Shown one piece after another: positions 18,704-27,772 of a stretch of DNA of 64,000 nt. The position numbers were made by a program, and so were the translations under genes. Numbering within the stretch: position 1 is the stretch's first letter; every line of letters starts with the position of its first letter. Below the pieces are notes generated by a model. It was not told the DNA's origin, made no database searches, and saw nothing but the letters and a program-made list of their open reading frames with translations. This DNA is from a bacterium (GTDB taxonomy: Bacteria; UBA10199; 2-02-FULL-44-16; JAAZCA01): positions 416,001 to 480,000 of the forward strand of contig CAXXGI010000003.1 in assembly GCA_963674695.2 (NCBI GenBank), given 5' to 3'.

Positions 18704-18732
18704 TTGACATCTCCGACCCCCCGGGGTATCAG
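18704..18732 (+). promoter_or_regulatory. Sigma-70 promoter of the tRNA gene
   Basis: TTGACA (18704), 17 bp spacer, TATCAG (18727). Confidence 0.6.
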
Positions 18733-18777
18733 CCCTTTCCCCTTTGGAAGGGGAGAGAAGTCCTGATATCGACATAT

Positions 18778-18837
<60 letters not shown>

Positions 18838-18851
<14 letters not shown>

Positions 18852-19433
18852 CACATAAAAAAGGGTCCCGTTGTTTGGGACCCTTTTTTATGTGTATTTG
18901 GGTCAGGTTTCGAGGCGACTGGTTCCGACCTTCTGAAAAGCGGCTCGCCGAATAGGCGAGCTCTATAATGCTGAAGTCCTGGAACGTGTGAAGCGCGTTC
19001 CAGGAGTGTCCGGCCCCCGCTACACATAAAAAAGGGTCCCGTTGTTTGGGACCCTTTTTTATGTGTATTTGGGTCAGGTTTCGAGGCGACTGGTTCCGAC
19101 CTTCTGAAAAGCGGCTCGCCGAATAGGCGAGCTCTATAATGCTGAAGTCCTGGAACGTGTGAAGCGCGTTCCAGGAGTGTCCGGCCCCCGCTACACAAAG
19201 AAAAGGTCCCGTTGTTTGGGACCCTTTTTTATGTGTATTTGGGTCAGGTTTCGAGGCGACTGGTTCCGACCTTCTGAAAAGCGGCTCGCCGAATAGGCGA
19301 GCTCTATAATGCTGAAGTCCTGGAACGTGTGAAGCGCGTTCCAGGAGTGTCCGGCCCCCGCTACACAAAGAAAAGGTCCCGTTGTTTGGGGCCTTTTTTT
19401 ATATGTTGGGGTCAGGGTTTGAACCGACCGGTT
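18838..19433 (+). repeat. tRNA-linked tandem repeat, 171/171/170-bp units plus a diverged fourth partial unit
   Basis: TCCGGCCCCCGCTACAC starts at 18838, 19009, 19180 and 19350, each followed by a terminator hairpin. Confidence 0.95.
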
Positions 19434-19758
19434 CCGACCTTCAGCGGTTTCGGCACTCCGAAGAGGAGTGCCTACAATAGTTGAAGTGCCGGGGAGTGTG
19501 AGCGCGAGCCGGCCGACCTTCAGCGGTTTCGGCACTCCGAAGAGGAGTGCCTACAATAGTTGAAGTGCCGGGGAGTGTGAGCGCGAGCCGGCCGACCTTC
19601 AGCGGTTTCGGCACTCCGAAGAGGAGTGCCTACAATAGTTGAAGTGCCGGGGAGTGTGAGCGCGAGCCGGCCGACCTTCAGCGGTTTCGGCACTCCGAAG
19701 AGGAGTGCCTACAATAGTTGAAGTGCCGGGGAGTGTGAGCGCGAGCCGGCCGACCTTC
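19434..19758 (+). repeat. 79-bp tandem repeat, 4 identical units plus a 9-bp remnant
   Basis: CCGACCTTC starts at 19434, 19513, 19592, 19671 and 19750. Confidence 0.95.
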
Positions 19759-19770
19759 CGAAAAGGCGAG

Positions 19771-19917
19771 CCAGACTGCTGACAAAGTCACTTCATGTTA
19801 TCATTATCCAAGATTGAAGGTTGTCATTCCCGCGCAGGCGGGAATCTCGCTTTTAACGGCACACCGAGATCCCCGCTTTCGCGAGGATGACAAAACATGG
19901 GTTTGTCATCAGTCTGG
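19771..19917. mobile_element. MITE family B (~147 bp) carrying a REP doublet
   Basis: TIR CCAGACTGCTGACAAA / TTTGTCATCAGTCTGG; homologous inverted copy at 23204-23379. Confidence 0.72.
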
Positions 19918-19961
19918 GGTCCCGCAGTTTGGGACCTTTTTCTTTGTGTGGGGTGTCGAGG

Positions 19962-20606
19962 TTAAACCGTGTCTTCGATGCGGATTTTCTTTTTTGGCTT
20001 TGATTTTTGCTCTCGATGATCCCCTTCGGGTTGCTTCGTCTCCTTCTGTTTCTCATGCGTTTTGATCACATCGAGAAATTCGGAGACGCGCTTGGCCGTG
20101 GCGGGGTGATAGGTGAGCAGGGCCTGGTCGAAACGAAGTCCCTCCATCGTTTCGAAGTCGAAGATGCAGTCGATCCGAGGGGCGAACAGTGAGCGTTCAT
20201 CATCAAGCGGAATTTCCAGGAGCGAGAGATCGCATGACTTTGCGCACATCGCTCCCCTCAGGAGGAAGAGTTCATCCACTGTTGTCTTCCCATCGGCATC
20301 TCCAGCGATATCGGCAGCGATGACCTCCATGCAGCTGCGGTCATCCGTGATCAGGGTGCCGTCATCCTCGTAGAGCCCATTCCAGTAGGTGAGGTTGAAG
20401 TTGGAATCGGGATTTTCCCGCAGCATCCGTTTGACGACGACATATGCCGTCAGATAGCCGTCGGTGACATCACCTTCATCCTCGATGATCGTCTTTTCGA
20501 CGAGCTGTTCGAAGGCTTCGAGTTCGGTGCGATCCAGTTTTCCATCGATCTTTTGGCCAATGAGTTGGTCGATCTGAAACTGGTCAGAGATGGAGAGCGT
20601 TCGCAT
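19962..20606 (-). CDS. Hypothetical acidic protein with EF-hand-like loops and a Lys-rich tail
   Basis: ATG 20606 with AAGGA RBS; DGKLDRTEL and DADGKTTVDEL loops; no family recognised. Confidence 0.6.
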   Translation of the reverse strand: MRTLSISDQFQIDQLIGQKIDGKLDRTELEAFEQLVEKTIIEDEGDVTDGYLTAYVVVKRMLRENPDSNFNLTYWNGLYEDDGTLITDDRSCMEVIAADIAGDADGKTTVDELFLLRGAMCAKSCDLSLLEIPLDDERSLFAPRIDCIFDFETMEGLRFDQALLTYHPATAKRVSEFLDVIKTHEKQKETKQPEGDHREQKSKPKKKIRIEDTV

Positions 20607-20670
20607 GGTCTTATCCTTTATGCCATCGGGGCAGGGCCTTCGATGAGGGTTTATGCTGGCTGTGGTGAGC

Positions 20671-20697
20671 TTATCGCCGTTTGCGGCGAGAAGTTGC
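20671..20697 (-). promoter_or_regulatory. Sigma-28-like promoter GCAACTT-N12-GGCGATAA
   Basis: Within the 3' end of rnd, 65 bp upstream of ORF 20606; same architecture at 23953, 27650 and 54633. Confidence 0.6.
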
Positions 20698-21876
20698 CTG
20701 TTTTTTGGGGAATTCTTGAAACAATATTGAAAGAGCGGGTTCGATGAGCGTTGCCTGCCAGTTGAGGAGTCCGGCCTGCGCGACGAATGCCTCAGCCGTT
20801 TGCAGCTTTTCGCGCGCAATGGCGCTCAGGGCGGTTTTTGGGGCGATGACGGCGGGGGGGATCTCAAGCTCCCGGGCGATTGTTGCCACGGCGTCGCGCA
20901 GGGCGCCGACGAGCTCACGGTTGTCCTCGCCGCGATGTTTGGCTCGCGTCGGCCGCGCGGGCCACGCATGCTGTGGCAGCGCACGGGCCTCGGCGATCGC
21001 CCCCTTCAGAGCGGACAGCCGAGATCCGGTGATGTGGCGCGGGAGCTTCGGTCCTTCGTCGAGCGATGCGCGCGGGTGGGCTGCGGCCCATCGGGAGAGT
21101 CGGACGAGGAGTTCATTGGTCGCGACCCAGAAGGGAGGGCGGTCGGCCTTTGAGGCCAGCCCATCGCGCCAGTGCCAGAGGGCACGGAGGAAACGGAGTT
21201 CGGCTGATTCCAATGGCCCCGCACCCTTGATGCGCCATCGGTTTTCCTCATCGCGTTCGCGTTCGATGCCGGTCGCCGTCACCAGCGCGGCGCAGTTCTC
21301 GCGATGCCAGGTGAGTCGATCGTGTTCGCGAAGATCCTCTTCGAGGCTGTCAGCGACGGAGAGCAGATAGCGCACATCGTCGGCGGCATAAGAGAGGAGA
21401 TCGTCCGCCAGAGGGCGGCGTGACCAGTTCGACTTTTGCCCATGCTTCGAAAGTTTCACGCCATGAACGCGATCGACCAGGGCGGCGAGCCCCAACCCAT
21501 CATATCCCAAGAGCTGCGCGGCGATCATCGTGTCGAAGATCGGTGCACGCGGTCGAAAGCCATACGCCTGGGCGAGCATGCGCAGGTCGAAATCGGCGCC
21601 GTGCAGGACGAGCGGTTTTTCGGCAAAGCATTCCAAGAGAGGATCGAGTGTGAGCCCCGCCAACGGATCGATGAGGGCGATCGTATCATCCGTGGCGATC
21701 TGGATGAGGCAAACCTTCTCATAATAATGATGGAGGCTGTCGGCCTCGGTGTCGATCGCGATGCGACTGGCGCGCTCGCAATCGCGGATGAGCTGCGCCA
21801 AACGGGCGTCGGTATCGATAAACGAGGATTGAAGAGGGGCAGAGGGTTTCAACGGATGTCCAGTTCCTTCTACCAT
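20671..21876 (-). CDS. rnd: Ribonuclease D (DEDD 3'-5' exonuclease + HRDC)
   Basis: IAIDTEA, CLIQI, HGADFD, FDT.IAAQLLG, SNWSRRPL..DLLSYAADDV. Confidence 0.9.
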   Translation of the reverse strand: MVEGTGHPLKPSAPLQSSFIDTDARLAQLIRDCERASRIAIDTEADSLHHYYEKVCLIQIATDDTIALIDPLAGLTLDPLLECFAEKPLVLHGADFDLRMLAQAYGFRPRAPIFDTMIAAQLLGYDGLGLAALVDRVHGVKLSKHGQKSNWSRRPLADDLLSYAADDVRYLLSVADSLEEDLREHDRLTWHRENCAALVTATGIERERDEENRWRIKGAGPLESAELRFLRALWHWRDGLASKADRPPFWVATNELLVRLSRWAAAHPRASLDEGPKLPRHITGSRLSALKGAIAEARALPQHAWPARPTRAKHRGEDNRELVGALRDAVATIARELEIPPAVIAPKTALSAIAREKLQTAEAFVAQAGLLNWQATLIEPALSILFQEFPKKQATSRRKRR

Positions 21877-23099
21877 CGGCTGGGGCGGCGCTTGCCACTG
21901 TTCTTTTTTGGGGCGACGTGTTCGATATAGGGTTCAACGCCCGGTGCCGTACACCGCGGCAGCTCTGCTTCGATCGCCTTTTCGATTTGCTCGATGATAT
22001 TGGCATCCATCCAGGTAGCGATCAGGGAAACGAGACCGAGTGCATCGAGACGCGCGGTGCGTCCTGCGCGATGGATGTATTCCTCTACCGTCCCCGGAGG
22101 ACCGAAGTTGATGATGTGTTCGATGCCGCGCACATCGATGCCGCGTGCGGCGATATCGGTGGCGACGAGGATGCGATGCTGCCCCTCCCGGAAGCCGCCG
22201 AGGGCGTCGGTGCGTTCGCGCTGCGTGCGATCGGAGTGGATCTTGGCCACCGGATGCCCTTGCTTGTCGAGCTGGCGCTCGAGCCAGTCGGCGTCGCGTT
22301 TGGTGCGCGTGAAGACGAGCGTCGATCCCAACTCCTGGTTGATCAGCGAGATGAGACAGCGCTTCATGTGTGGCTGCTCGACCAGATAGAGCCGATGGGT
22401 GATCCCTTCGGCCGCGCGCCCTGAGGGCAAAATGTCGATGTGCTGTGGGTCGGTGAGAAACTGTTGTGCGAGCCGCTCGATCGCCTGTGGCATCGTGGCC
22501 GAGAACATCATCGTGTGACGATTTTTCGGCACGGTCTTGAGGATCTTATTCACCTGCGGCAGAAATCCCAGATCGAGCATGTGATCCGCCTCGTCGAGCA
22601 CCAATTCCGAGACCTCGTTGAGGCGAACGTTCTTGCGGTTCATATGGTCGAAGAGCCGGCCCGGCGTGGCTACCACGATATCGGGTTTCTTCTTGAGCGC
22701 GGAAATTTGCGGCCCCATCGCGACGCCGCCGATGAGGCAGGCGGTGGAGAGGTTATGGTGTTTGCCGAAGAGGTCCAAAAAGGCCTTCGTCTGGAGGGCG
22801 ATCTCGCGCGTGGGGCAGAGGATCAGTCCGCGAAGGCCCTCACCGTGGCCCAAGCGCTCGGCCATCGGGATGACGAACGCCGCAGTCTTGCCGGATCCGG
22901 TCTGGGCCAGGCCGATGATATCATGCCCTTCAAGCGACGGCGGAATCACCTGTTGCTGAATTGGCGTGGGGTGCTCAAATCCAACTTGAGCGATCGCCTT
23001 GACGATGGAGGGGGACAGCCCCAGCTCATCGAAGGTCGCTGCTGTGGTTTCAACCGGATGCGCTCCAAGCGCGCTGGATGTTTCTGATAGGGTTGTCAT
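21870..23099 (-). CDS. DEAD-box RNA helicase (RhlE-like)
   Basis: PTPIQ, AQTGSGKT, PTREIA, TPGRL, DEAD, SAT, ARGID, HRAGRTAR. Confidence 0.95.
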   Translation of the reverse strand: MTTLSETSSALGAHPVETTAATFDELGLSPSIVKAIAQVGFEHPTPIQQQVIPPSLEGHDIIGLAQTGSGKTAAFVIPMAERLGHGEGLRGLILCPTREIALQTKAFLDLFGKHHNLSTACLIGGVAMGPQISALKKKPDIVVATPGRLFDHMNRKNVRLNEVSELVLDEADHMLDLGFLPQVNKILKTVPKNRHTMMFSATMPQAIERLAQQFLTDPQHIDILPSGRAAEGITHRLYLVEQPHMKRCLISLINQELGSTLVFTRTKRDADWLERQLDKQGHPVAKIHSDRTQRERTDALGGFREGQHRILVATDIAARGIDVRGIEHIINFGPPGTVEEYIHRAGRTARLDALGLVSLIATWMDANIIEQIEKAIEAELPRCTAPGVEPYIEHVAPKKNSGKRRPSRW

Positions 23100-23182
23100 A
23101 ATGGGCGCGTTCATAGCGGAAGGCCGCAGAAAGTGCAATATTTACTCCATATCGTTGCTTTTGGGGAGGGTGGTGTGAAAAA

Positions 23183-23400
23183 GGGAGCCTTCGTGTGAAG
23201 GCTCCGGATTGATGCCAAACCCTCGTTGTGTCATCCCCGCGAAGGCGGGGATCTCGATTGGCCATTATAAGGCGAGATTCCCCCGCCACACAACCGGCGG
23301 GCAGGCTGTCTTCGCGGGAATGACGACACCCTTCAGTTTTCGGAAATGACGGCATGAGGAGACTTTGTCAGCAGTCTGGAGCCTTCACACGAAGGCGCCC
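23183..23400. mobile_element. MITE family B with REP doublet, nested mini-palindrome and flanking inverted hairpins
   Basis: Core TIR CCGGATTGATGCCAAA (23204) / TTTGTCAGCAGTCTGG (23379); outer GGAGCCTTCGTGTGAAGGCTCC / GGAGCCTTCACACGAAGGCGCC. Confidence 0.7.
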
Positions 23401-23492
23401 TGTATGTTCTTCACCTGAGTAGGGATCTTGACGAGAATGGCTGATTCATGACAACCAAGGCGTAGTCGAGCATCGATTCAAATCGGGAGGGC

Positions 23493-23909
23493 GTGATGAG
23501 ATACGGAATGTGGATATTGGCGTTGGTGTTCATCGTTGGCATCGGATGTGGGAGTTCGCAGACGGTCACTCCGCCGACGGCCGATGAGATCCAAGGCGCG
23601 ATCGCGGCGGCCAATCCGGATGGCATCGTGGCCGGTCAGGCCATGAACGCGGCGACGCTTCCGCCCTGTTTGGATAGCGACGGCAACGCACTCGTCGGCG
23701 GCATCTACAGCTACGGCCTGGTCGAGGACGGAACGGATACCATTCCGGAGTGGCTCACCTTCGGCGCCCAGACGCGCGTGTTCGCAATGGCCGATGGATA
23801 CGATGCCGTGCCGGCTTCCGCCGTCGGCGAGACCACGATGGGATATACCTGCCAGTGGGAAGCCACCGACCGCCGCGTGACGACCTTTACGCTTAGCGTG
23901 ACCGAATAA
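23493..23909 (+). CDS. Hypothetical lipoprotein
   Basis: Signal peptide with GIGC lipobox, GGGAGG RBS, host-like codon usage. Confidence 0.7.
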   Translation: MMRYGMWILALVFIVGIGCGSSQTVTPPTADEIQGAIAAANPDGIVAGQAMNAATLPPCLDSDGNALVGGIYSYGLVEDGTDTIPEWLTFGAQTRVFAMADGYDAVPASAVGETTMGYTCQWEATDRRVTTFTLSVTE

Positions 23910-23952
23910 ACGACATCGGTTGCATGCTTTATTGAATTGTCCTTTTTTTTTA

Positions 23953-23979
23953 GCAACTTCTGTTACCATCTGTCGATAA
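23953..23979 (+). promoter_or_regulatory. Sigma-28-like promoter GCAACTT-N12-GTCGATAA
   Basis: 43 bp upstream of ORF 24022. Confidence 0.6.
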
Positions 23980-24021
23980 TGGATATGTTGGGGGAGAACA
24001 ACATAATGAAGGAGGTCTCCT

Positions 24022-24453
24022 ATGGGTGGATTAAACTTGAATCGTTTTTATGACGATATCCATTTCGACCGGGACTGGCGGTATATGAAGAATGGGGAGC
24101 ATATCGCGGCGGCTGCGGAGATCGTGAAGGATGCGACGATCGCTTCTCTTTTCTACAATGATGCCGATGGCATCTGTGAGTCGGAGAGCATCGCGCAACA
24201 GAGCCGTGTTGATTCCGAAGATTGTTTTTCGATGGAACCGAATGCCTCGTTTGTCGATGGGACCGTCGGTCATGTCGAATCAGATGGGAGGATCGTTGGA
24301 GCAATGCGTTATCAGGAAATATCCACCGAGGCAATGGAGACTATTCATAACCGATTATTGAAAGCATTCGAGGTGCTTGATAAGCTTCGTCAGGATGAGC
24401 CATCTCTACTCAGATCTAAGCTCTTTCAGCCGAGACCGCCGGTTCTCGAATAA
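24022..24453 (+). CDS. Hypothetical protein
   Basis: AAGGAGG RBS, 143 aa, no family recognised. Confidence 0.65.
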   Translation: MGGLNLNRFYDDIHFDRDWRYMKNGEHIAAAAEIVKDATIASLFYNDADGICESESIAQQSRVDSEDCFSMEPNASFVDGTVGHVESDGRIVGAMRYQEISTEAMETIHNRLLKAFEVLDKLRQDEPSLLRSKLFQPRPPVLE

Positions 24454-24556
24454 TCGTCCATTCAGAATGCCTTCACCCGACCGGCCGGGCCACACGCCTC
24501 GCCGGTCGTTGTGCGAGGAGTGCCTATCGGAACTTGTCATAAGGGGTCTTTGTTTT

Positions 24557-24628
24557 TGTCATCCCCGCGAAAGCGGGGATCTCGATTGACCCCTCATAAG
24601 CGAGATTCCCGCTTTCGCGGGAATGACA
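24557..24628. repeat. REP doublet
   Basis: TGTCATCCCCGCGAAAGCGGGGATCTC ... GAGATTCCCGCTTTCGCGGGAATGACA. Confidence 0.85.
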
Positions 24629-24654
24629 CCTTACCAAATGGGGACACGCCTTAG

Positions 24655-24777
24655 TTCAATATGGAAGCGCGCTATCCCGAGGATCTGAAGGCCTTCTATA
24701 AGAAAGCGACAAAGGTGTATACCAAGCAATACCTGGATATGACCAAGGAGATGTGGGCGTGGTTCCGAAAAAAATAA
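24655..24777 (+). pseudogene. C-terminal remnant of a HEPN-domain gene
   Basis: FNMEARYPEDLKAFYKKATKVYTKQYLDMTKEMWAWFRKK*; in-frame TAG immediately upstream; overlaps the MNT gene as in HEPN-MNT pairs. Confidence 0.7.
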
Positions 24778-25073
24778 AAGCAGTGATCGAGCGATTCAAA
24801 CGGGCCTTGAAAGAGGCTCATTTCCCTTCTGCGCGAATCATTCTCTTCGGCTCCTATGCACGAAACGAGGCGAGGACGGATAGCGACATCGATCTCTGTC
24901 TGATCTCTTCTGCGTTTTCGTCTGATCCGGAACGGTTTCGGAAGGAGGCGACGATCATCGCCTATCATGTCGATCCGCGCATTCAGGTGGTCGTGGTCGA
25001 TCCGAAACGCCTCAAGTCCGATCAGCTCTCTCCCTTGTTCAGTTACATCCGCAAGGAAGGCATCGCGGCGTAA
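24753..25073 (+). CDS. Minimal nucleotidyltransferase (MNT) domain protein
   Basis: IILFGSYAR...DSDIDL motif, 106 aa, C-terminal IRKEGI. Confidence 0.88.
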   Translation: MGVVPKKIKAVIERFKRALKEAHFPSARIILFGSYARNEARTDSDIDLCLISSAFSSDPERFRKEATIIAYHVDPRIQVVVVDPKRLKSDQLSPLFSYIRKEGIAA

Positions 25074-25076
25074 TCC

Positions 25077-26498
25077 CTACAGATCATAATACCGCGCGAT
25101 CTCCCAGGGGTGGGGGATGCGGCGCATCTCGTCGATGTCGCGCTGTTTGGCGGCGATCCAGGTGGCGATGAGCGCCTCGGGGAAGACGCCGCGGTATTGC
25201 AGATAGGCGTTGTCATTCTCCAGTCCGCGCAGGGCGTCTTCGAGCGTTGCGGGGAAGGAGCGGATCTTGCGAAGCTCCTCCGGAGGAAGCTTATAGAGGT
25301 TCGTTTCAAAGGGCCCAAATCCCTCGCGGGTCGGGTCGAGTTTTTTGCGCGCGCCGTCGAGCGAGGCCATGATCATTGCGGCGAAGGCCAGATACGGATT
25401 GCAGGTCGCGTCGATCGTGCGGAACTCGAAGCGGCGATGTTCGGGGTCGGTGATATATCCCGGGATGCGGATGGCCGCCGAGCGGTTGGCCTTGGCAAAG
25501 GCGGCCTTTACCGGCGCTTCAAGCCCCGGGATGAGCCGCCGATAGGAGTTGGTCGTGGGGTTGGTCAGCGCCAGGAGCGAGTCGGCGTGGGTCAGAATCC
25601 CGGCGATGGCCGCCAGTGCCGTATCGCTCAAGTCGTAGAGGCCTCCCTCGGCGTTGAAGACGTTCTTTCCCTCCCGAAACCAGCACTGATGGACGTGCAT
25701 GCCGTTGCCGGCTTCATTCGGAATGAGCTTCGGGATGAAGGTGATGATCTTTCCATGTTTGCGCGCGATGCGATGGCAGATGTGTTTGGCCAGCGTCGTG
25801 GCATCGGCCATGAACTGCACGGGGGTGAGCTGGAATTCGATCTCGGCCTGGGAGCTTCCGACCTCGTGGTGGTGGTACTTGATCTGCATCCCCAGCGCTT
25901 TGAGGGCGGTGACGATCTCGTTGCGAATGCCCAGGAGATGATCGTTCGGCTCTGCGCGAAAATAACCGCGGTTGGAGGCGATGCGATAGTTCTCTTCACC
26001 CCCCGGGGGGCTGGGGATCTCGCTGCTCTCGATGCGAAAGGCGGTCTCCCGACGCGTCATCATGCTGTCGAGTTCGTCGAGGACGTTGAACTCCAACTCG
26101 ACGCCCACGCGCATCTCATCGGCCAGCCCCTCTGCCGCCAATGTGGCGATCGCCTTGTCGACGATGTGGCGCAGGTCCTGCCCGAAGTTGCCTTCTTCGT
26201 TCGTCTGCATGATGTCGCACAGAAAGGAGAGGGTGCGCGCCTCCGGATCGACCGGGTCTTCGAAGCCGCAATGCAGGTCGGGAACGAGGAGCATGTCGGA
26301 GTCGTCGACCGTCGCGTAGCCTAAATTCGAGGCGTCAAAGCCGATGCCTTTGGCGACCGTTCGGTCCGAGAAGGTGTCGGCCGGGATGGTCACCGTTCGA
26401 AAACGCCCGTCGATGTCCGAGACCATCAGCGCGATGAAGGCGATGTTGTTCTTGTCGACGAATTTCCGAACATCTCGGGCATCGGCGAAGGCGCGCAT
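25077..26498 (-). CDS. glnA: Glutamine synthetase type I
   Basis: GFDAS, HHHEV, GNGMHVH, NSYRRL.PG.EAP, NRSAAIRIP, FEFRT.D, NLY adenylylation loop. Confidence 0.95.
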   Translation of the reverse strand: MRAFADARDVRKFVDKNNIAFIALMVSDIDGRFRTVTIPADTFSDRTVAKGIGFDASNLGYATVDDSDMLLVPDLHCGFEDPVDPEARTLSFLCDIMQTNEEGNFGQDLRHIVDKAIATLAAEGLADEMRVGVELEFNVLDELDSMMTRRETAFRIESSEIPSPPGGEENYRIASNRGYFRAEPNDHLLGIRNEIVTALKALGMQIKYHHHEVGSSQAEIEFQLTPVQFMADATTLAKHICHRIARKHGKIITFIPKLIPNEAGNGMHVHQCWFREGKNVFNAEGGLYDLSDTALAAIAGILTHADSLLALTNPTTNSYRRLIPGLEAPVKAAFAKANRSAAIRIPGYITDPEHRRFEFRTIDATCNPYLAFAAMIMASLDGARKKLDPTREGFGPFETNLYKLPPEELRKIRSFPATLEDALRGLENDNAYLQYRGVFPEALIATWIAAKQRDIDEMRRIPHPWEIARYYDL

Positions 26499-26520
26499 AG
26501 GATTCTCCCTTATGTCTGTA

Positions 26521-27120
26521 TTAGTCGGATGATTTTCGTCCCTTTGGTTCCTGGAAGGCGAGGCTCGAAAGGATCTCCTGGAATTCCGGGGTGTTCTTTT
26601 CAAATGCCTTTGGAGTCCCGAAGTAGTCGATCATATAGGCATAGCCGTAGGCGGGGGTGACGATCGTGATGGTCAGGAGCGGGCGGTTCAGATAGCGCGT
26701 GCGAATAGCGGCATAGCGGCCGACGGCAATCTCCTCATCGGTGAAGGGTCCCAGATGTGCGGTTGTGGTGGCATTTTGTTGTGAGCGTTGCCAGGCGAGC
26801 CAATCGGCAGCCGTGCGAACCTTCGAAAAGGAGGGGATCGTGTTCTCCAGCACACGCACATCCTCCACGCGCAGTTTCACGACGGCACCCTTCGGGTTTT
26901 CGTTGGGGGTGAAGACGACATCGTCGCGCGTGGTGGCAAACCGTACGGCTGGGGAGCCCGACTGTTTGTCCAGCTGGCCGATCCACCACTTTTTCGGATA
27001 ACGCAGGCTGTAGCCGAAATGCTTGTTCTTGTATTGCTTCGTGCTGCCGGCGAAAACGGTGGGGGAAAATGCCATCGCGGTCAAGGCGAAGGCGACACAG
27101 AGGATGAGGATTCGTTTCAT
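26521..27120 (-). CDS. Exported PsbP-like hypothetical protein
   Basis: Signal peptide; Y.N..FGYSLRYP..W N-terminal and F..ILSSL.F C-terminal pattern typical of PsbP-like folds. Confidence 0.6.
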   Translation of the reverse strand: MKRILILCVAFALTAMAFSPTVFAGSTKQYKNKHFGYSLRYPKKWWIGQLDKQSGSPAVRFATTRDDVVFTPNENPKGAVVKLRVEDVRVLENTIPSFSKVRTAADWLAWQRSQQNATTTAHLGPFTDEEIAVGRYAAIRTRYLNRPLLTITIVTPAYGYAYMIDYFGTPKAFEKNTPEFQEILSSLAFQEPKGRKSSD

Positions 27121-27163
27121 GGTTGGCGATTGTGCGTGGATGCGTCGTCGATGTCAACAGGCG

Positions 27164-27196
27164 CAAAAAAAGCCAGGCCGTTTGGCCTGGCTCTTT
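27164..27196 (-). terminator. Intrinsic terminator
   Basis: AGCCAGGCC/GGCCTGGCT stem with A7 on the plus strand (U7 on minus), after ORF 27214-27615. Confidence 0.75.
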
Positions 27197-27213
27197 GGGA
27201 ATGCAGAAAATGG

Positions 27214-27615
27214 CTATACGGAGATCGTTTCAACCGAGGCGACGAACTCCGGATCCTTGGCCAGGCTTTGCAAGAGGTTGTCCATTGCCTTGAGCATCGG
27301 AGAGGCGGCGGTGATCGGTGCACCGATCGCGATGAGCATATCGAGGGCCAGATCGGCCATGCCCTCAGCCTCGGCTTTGATATCAGCATGCACCGGCTGA
27401 GCCGTGAGAATCGATTTCGACGCGACCTTTGGTCCCGTCATCCGGGAGAGCGATGCCGCATCGCCAGCGGAACTTTCGCGCTTCGGGGTATCCTCTTTCG
27501 GGGCCTCTTCACGCGGTTGGGGAGCTTCCGGAACCTTTTTATGCTCCACCTCTTTGGGGAGAAAGGGCGTCGGAAGGCCGAGTGTCGGATCCATATCAAG
27601 ACCGCCTGCGAACAT
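27214..27615 (-). CDS. Hypothetical protein with a disordered Pro/Glu-rich N-terminus
   Basis: AAGGAGG RBS, own promoter and terminator. Confidence 0.7.
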   Translation of the reverse strand: MFAGGLDMDPTLGLPTPFLPKEVEHKKVPEAPQPREEAPKEDTPKRESSAGDAASLSRMTGPKVASKSILTAQPVHADIKAEAEGMADLALDMLIAIGAPITAASPMLKAMDNLLQSLAKDPEFVASVETISV

Positions 27616-27649
27616 AGTGCCTCCTTATTGATGATATCTCCTATCTCTA

Positions 27650-27676
27650 TTATCGGCGGATTTCTGCGGAAGTTGC
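27650..27676 (-). promoter_or_regulatory. Sigma-28-like promoter GCAACTT-N12-GCCGATAA
   Basis: Exact FliA -10 box GCCGATAA, 35 bp upstream of ORF 27615. Confidence 0.65.
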
Positions 27677-27772
27677 TAAAATAATATGCCTTGCATTACA
27701 TGGAGTTATGCGATATCCATCATGTACTACGCGAAATATATTCACGTCGATGAGATCGTTCGAGGGGGTCCT

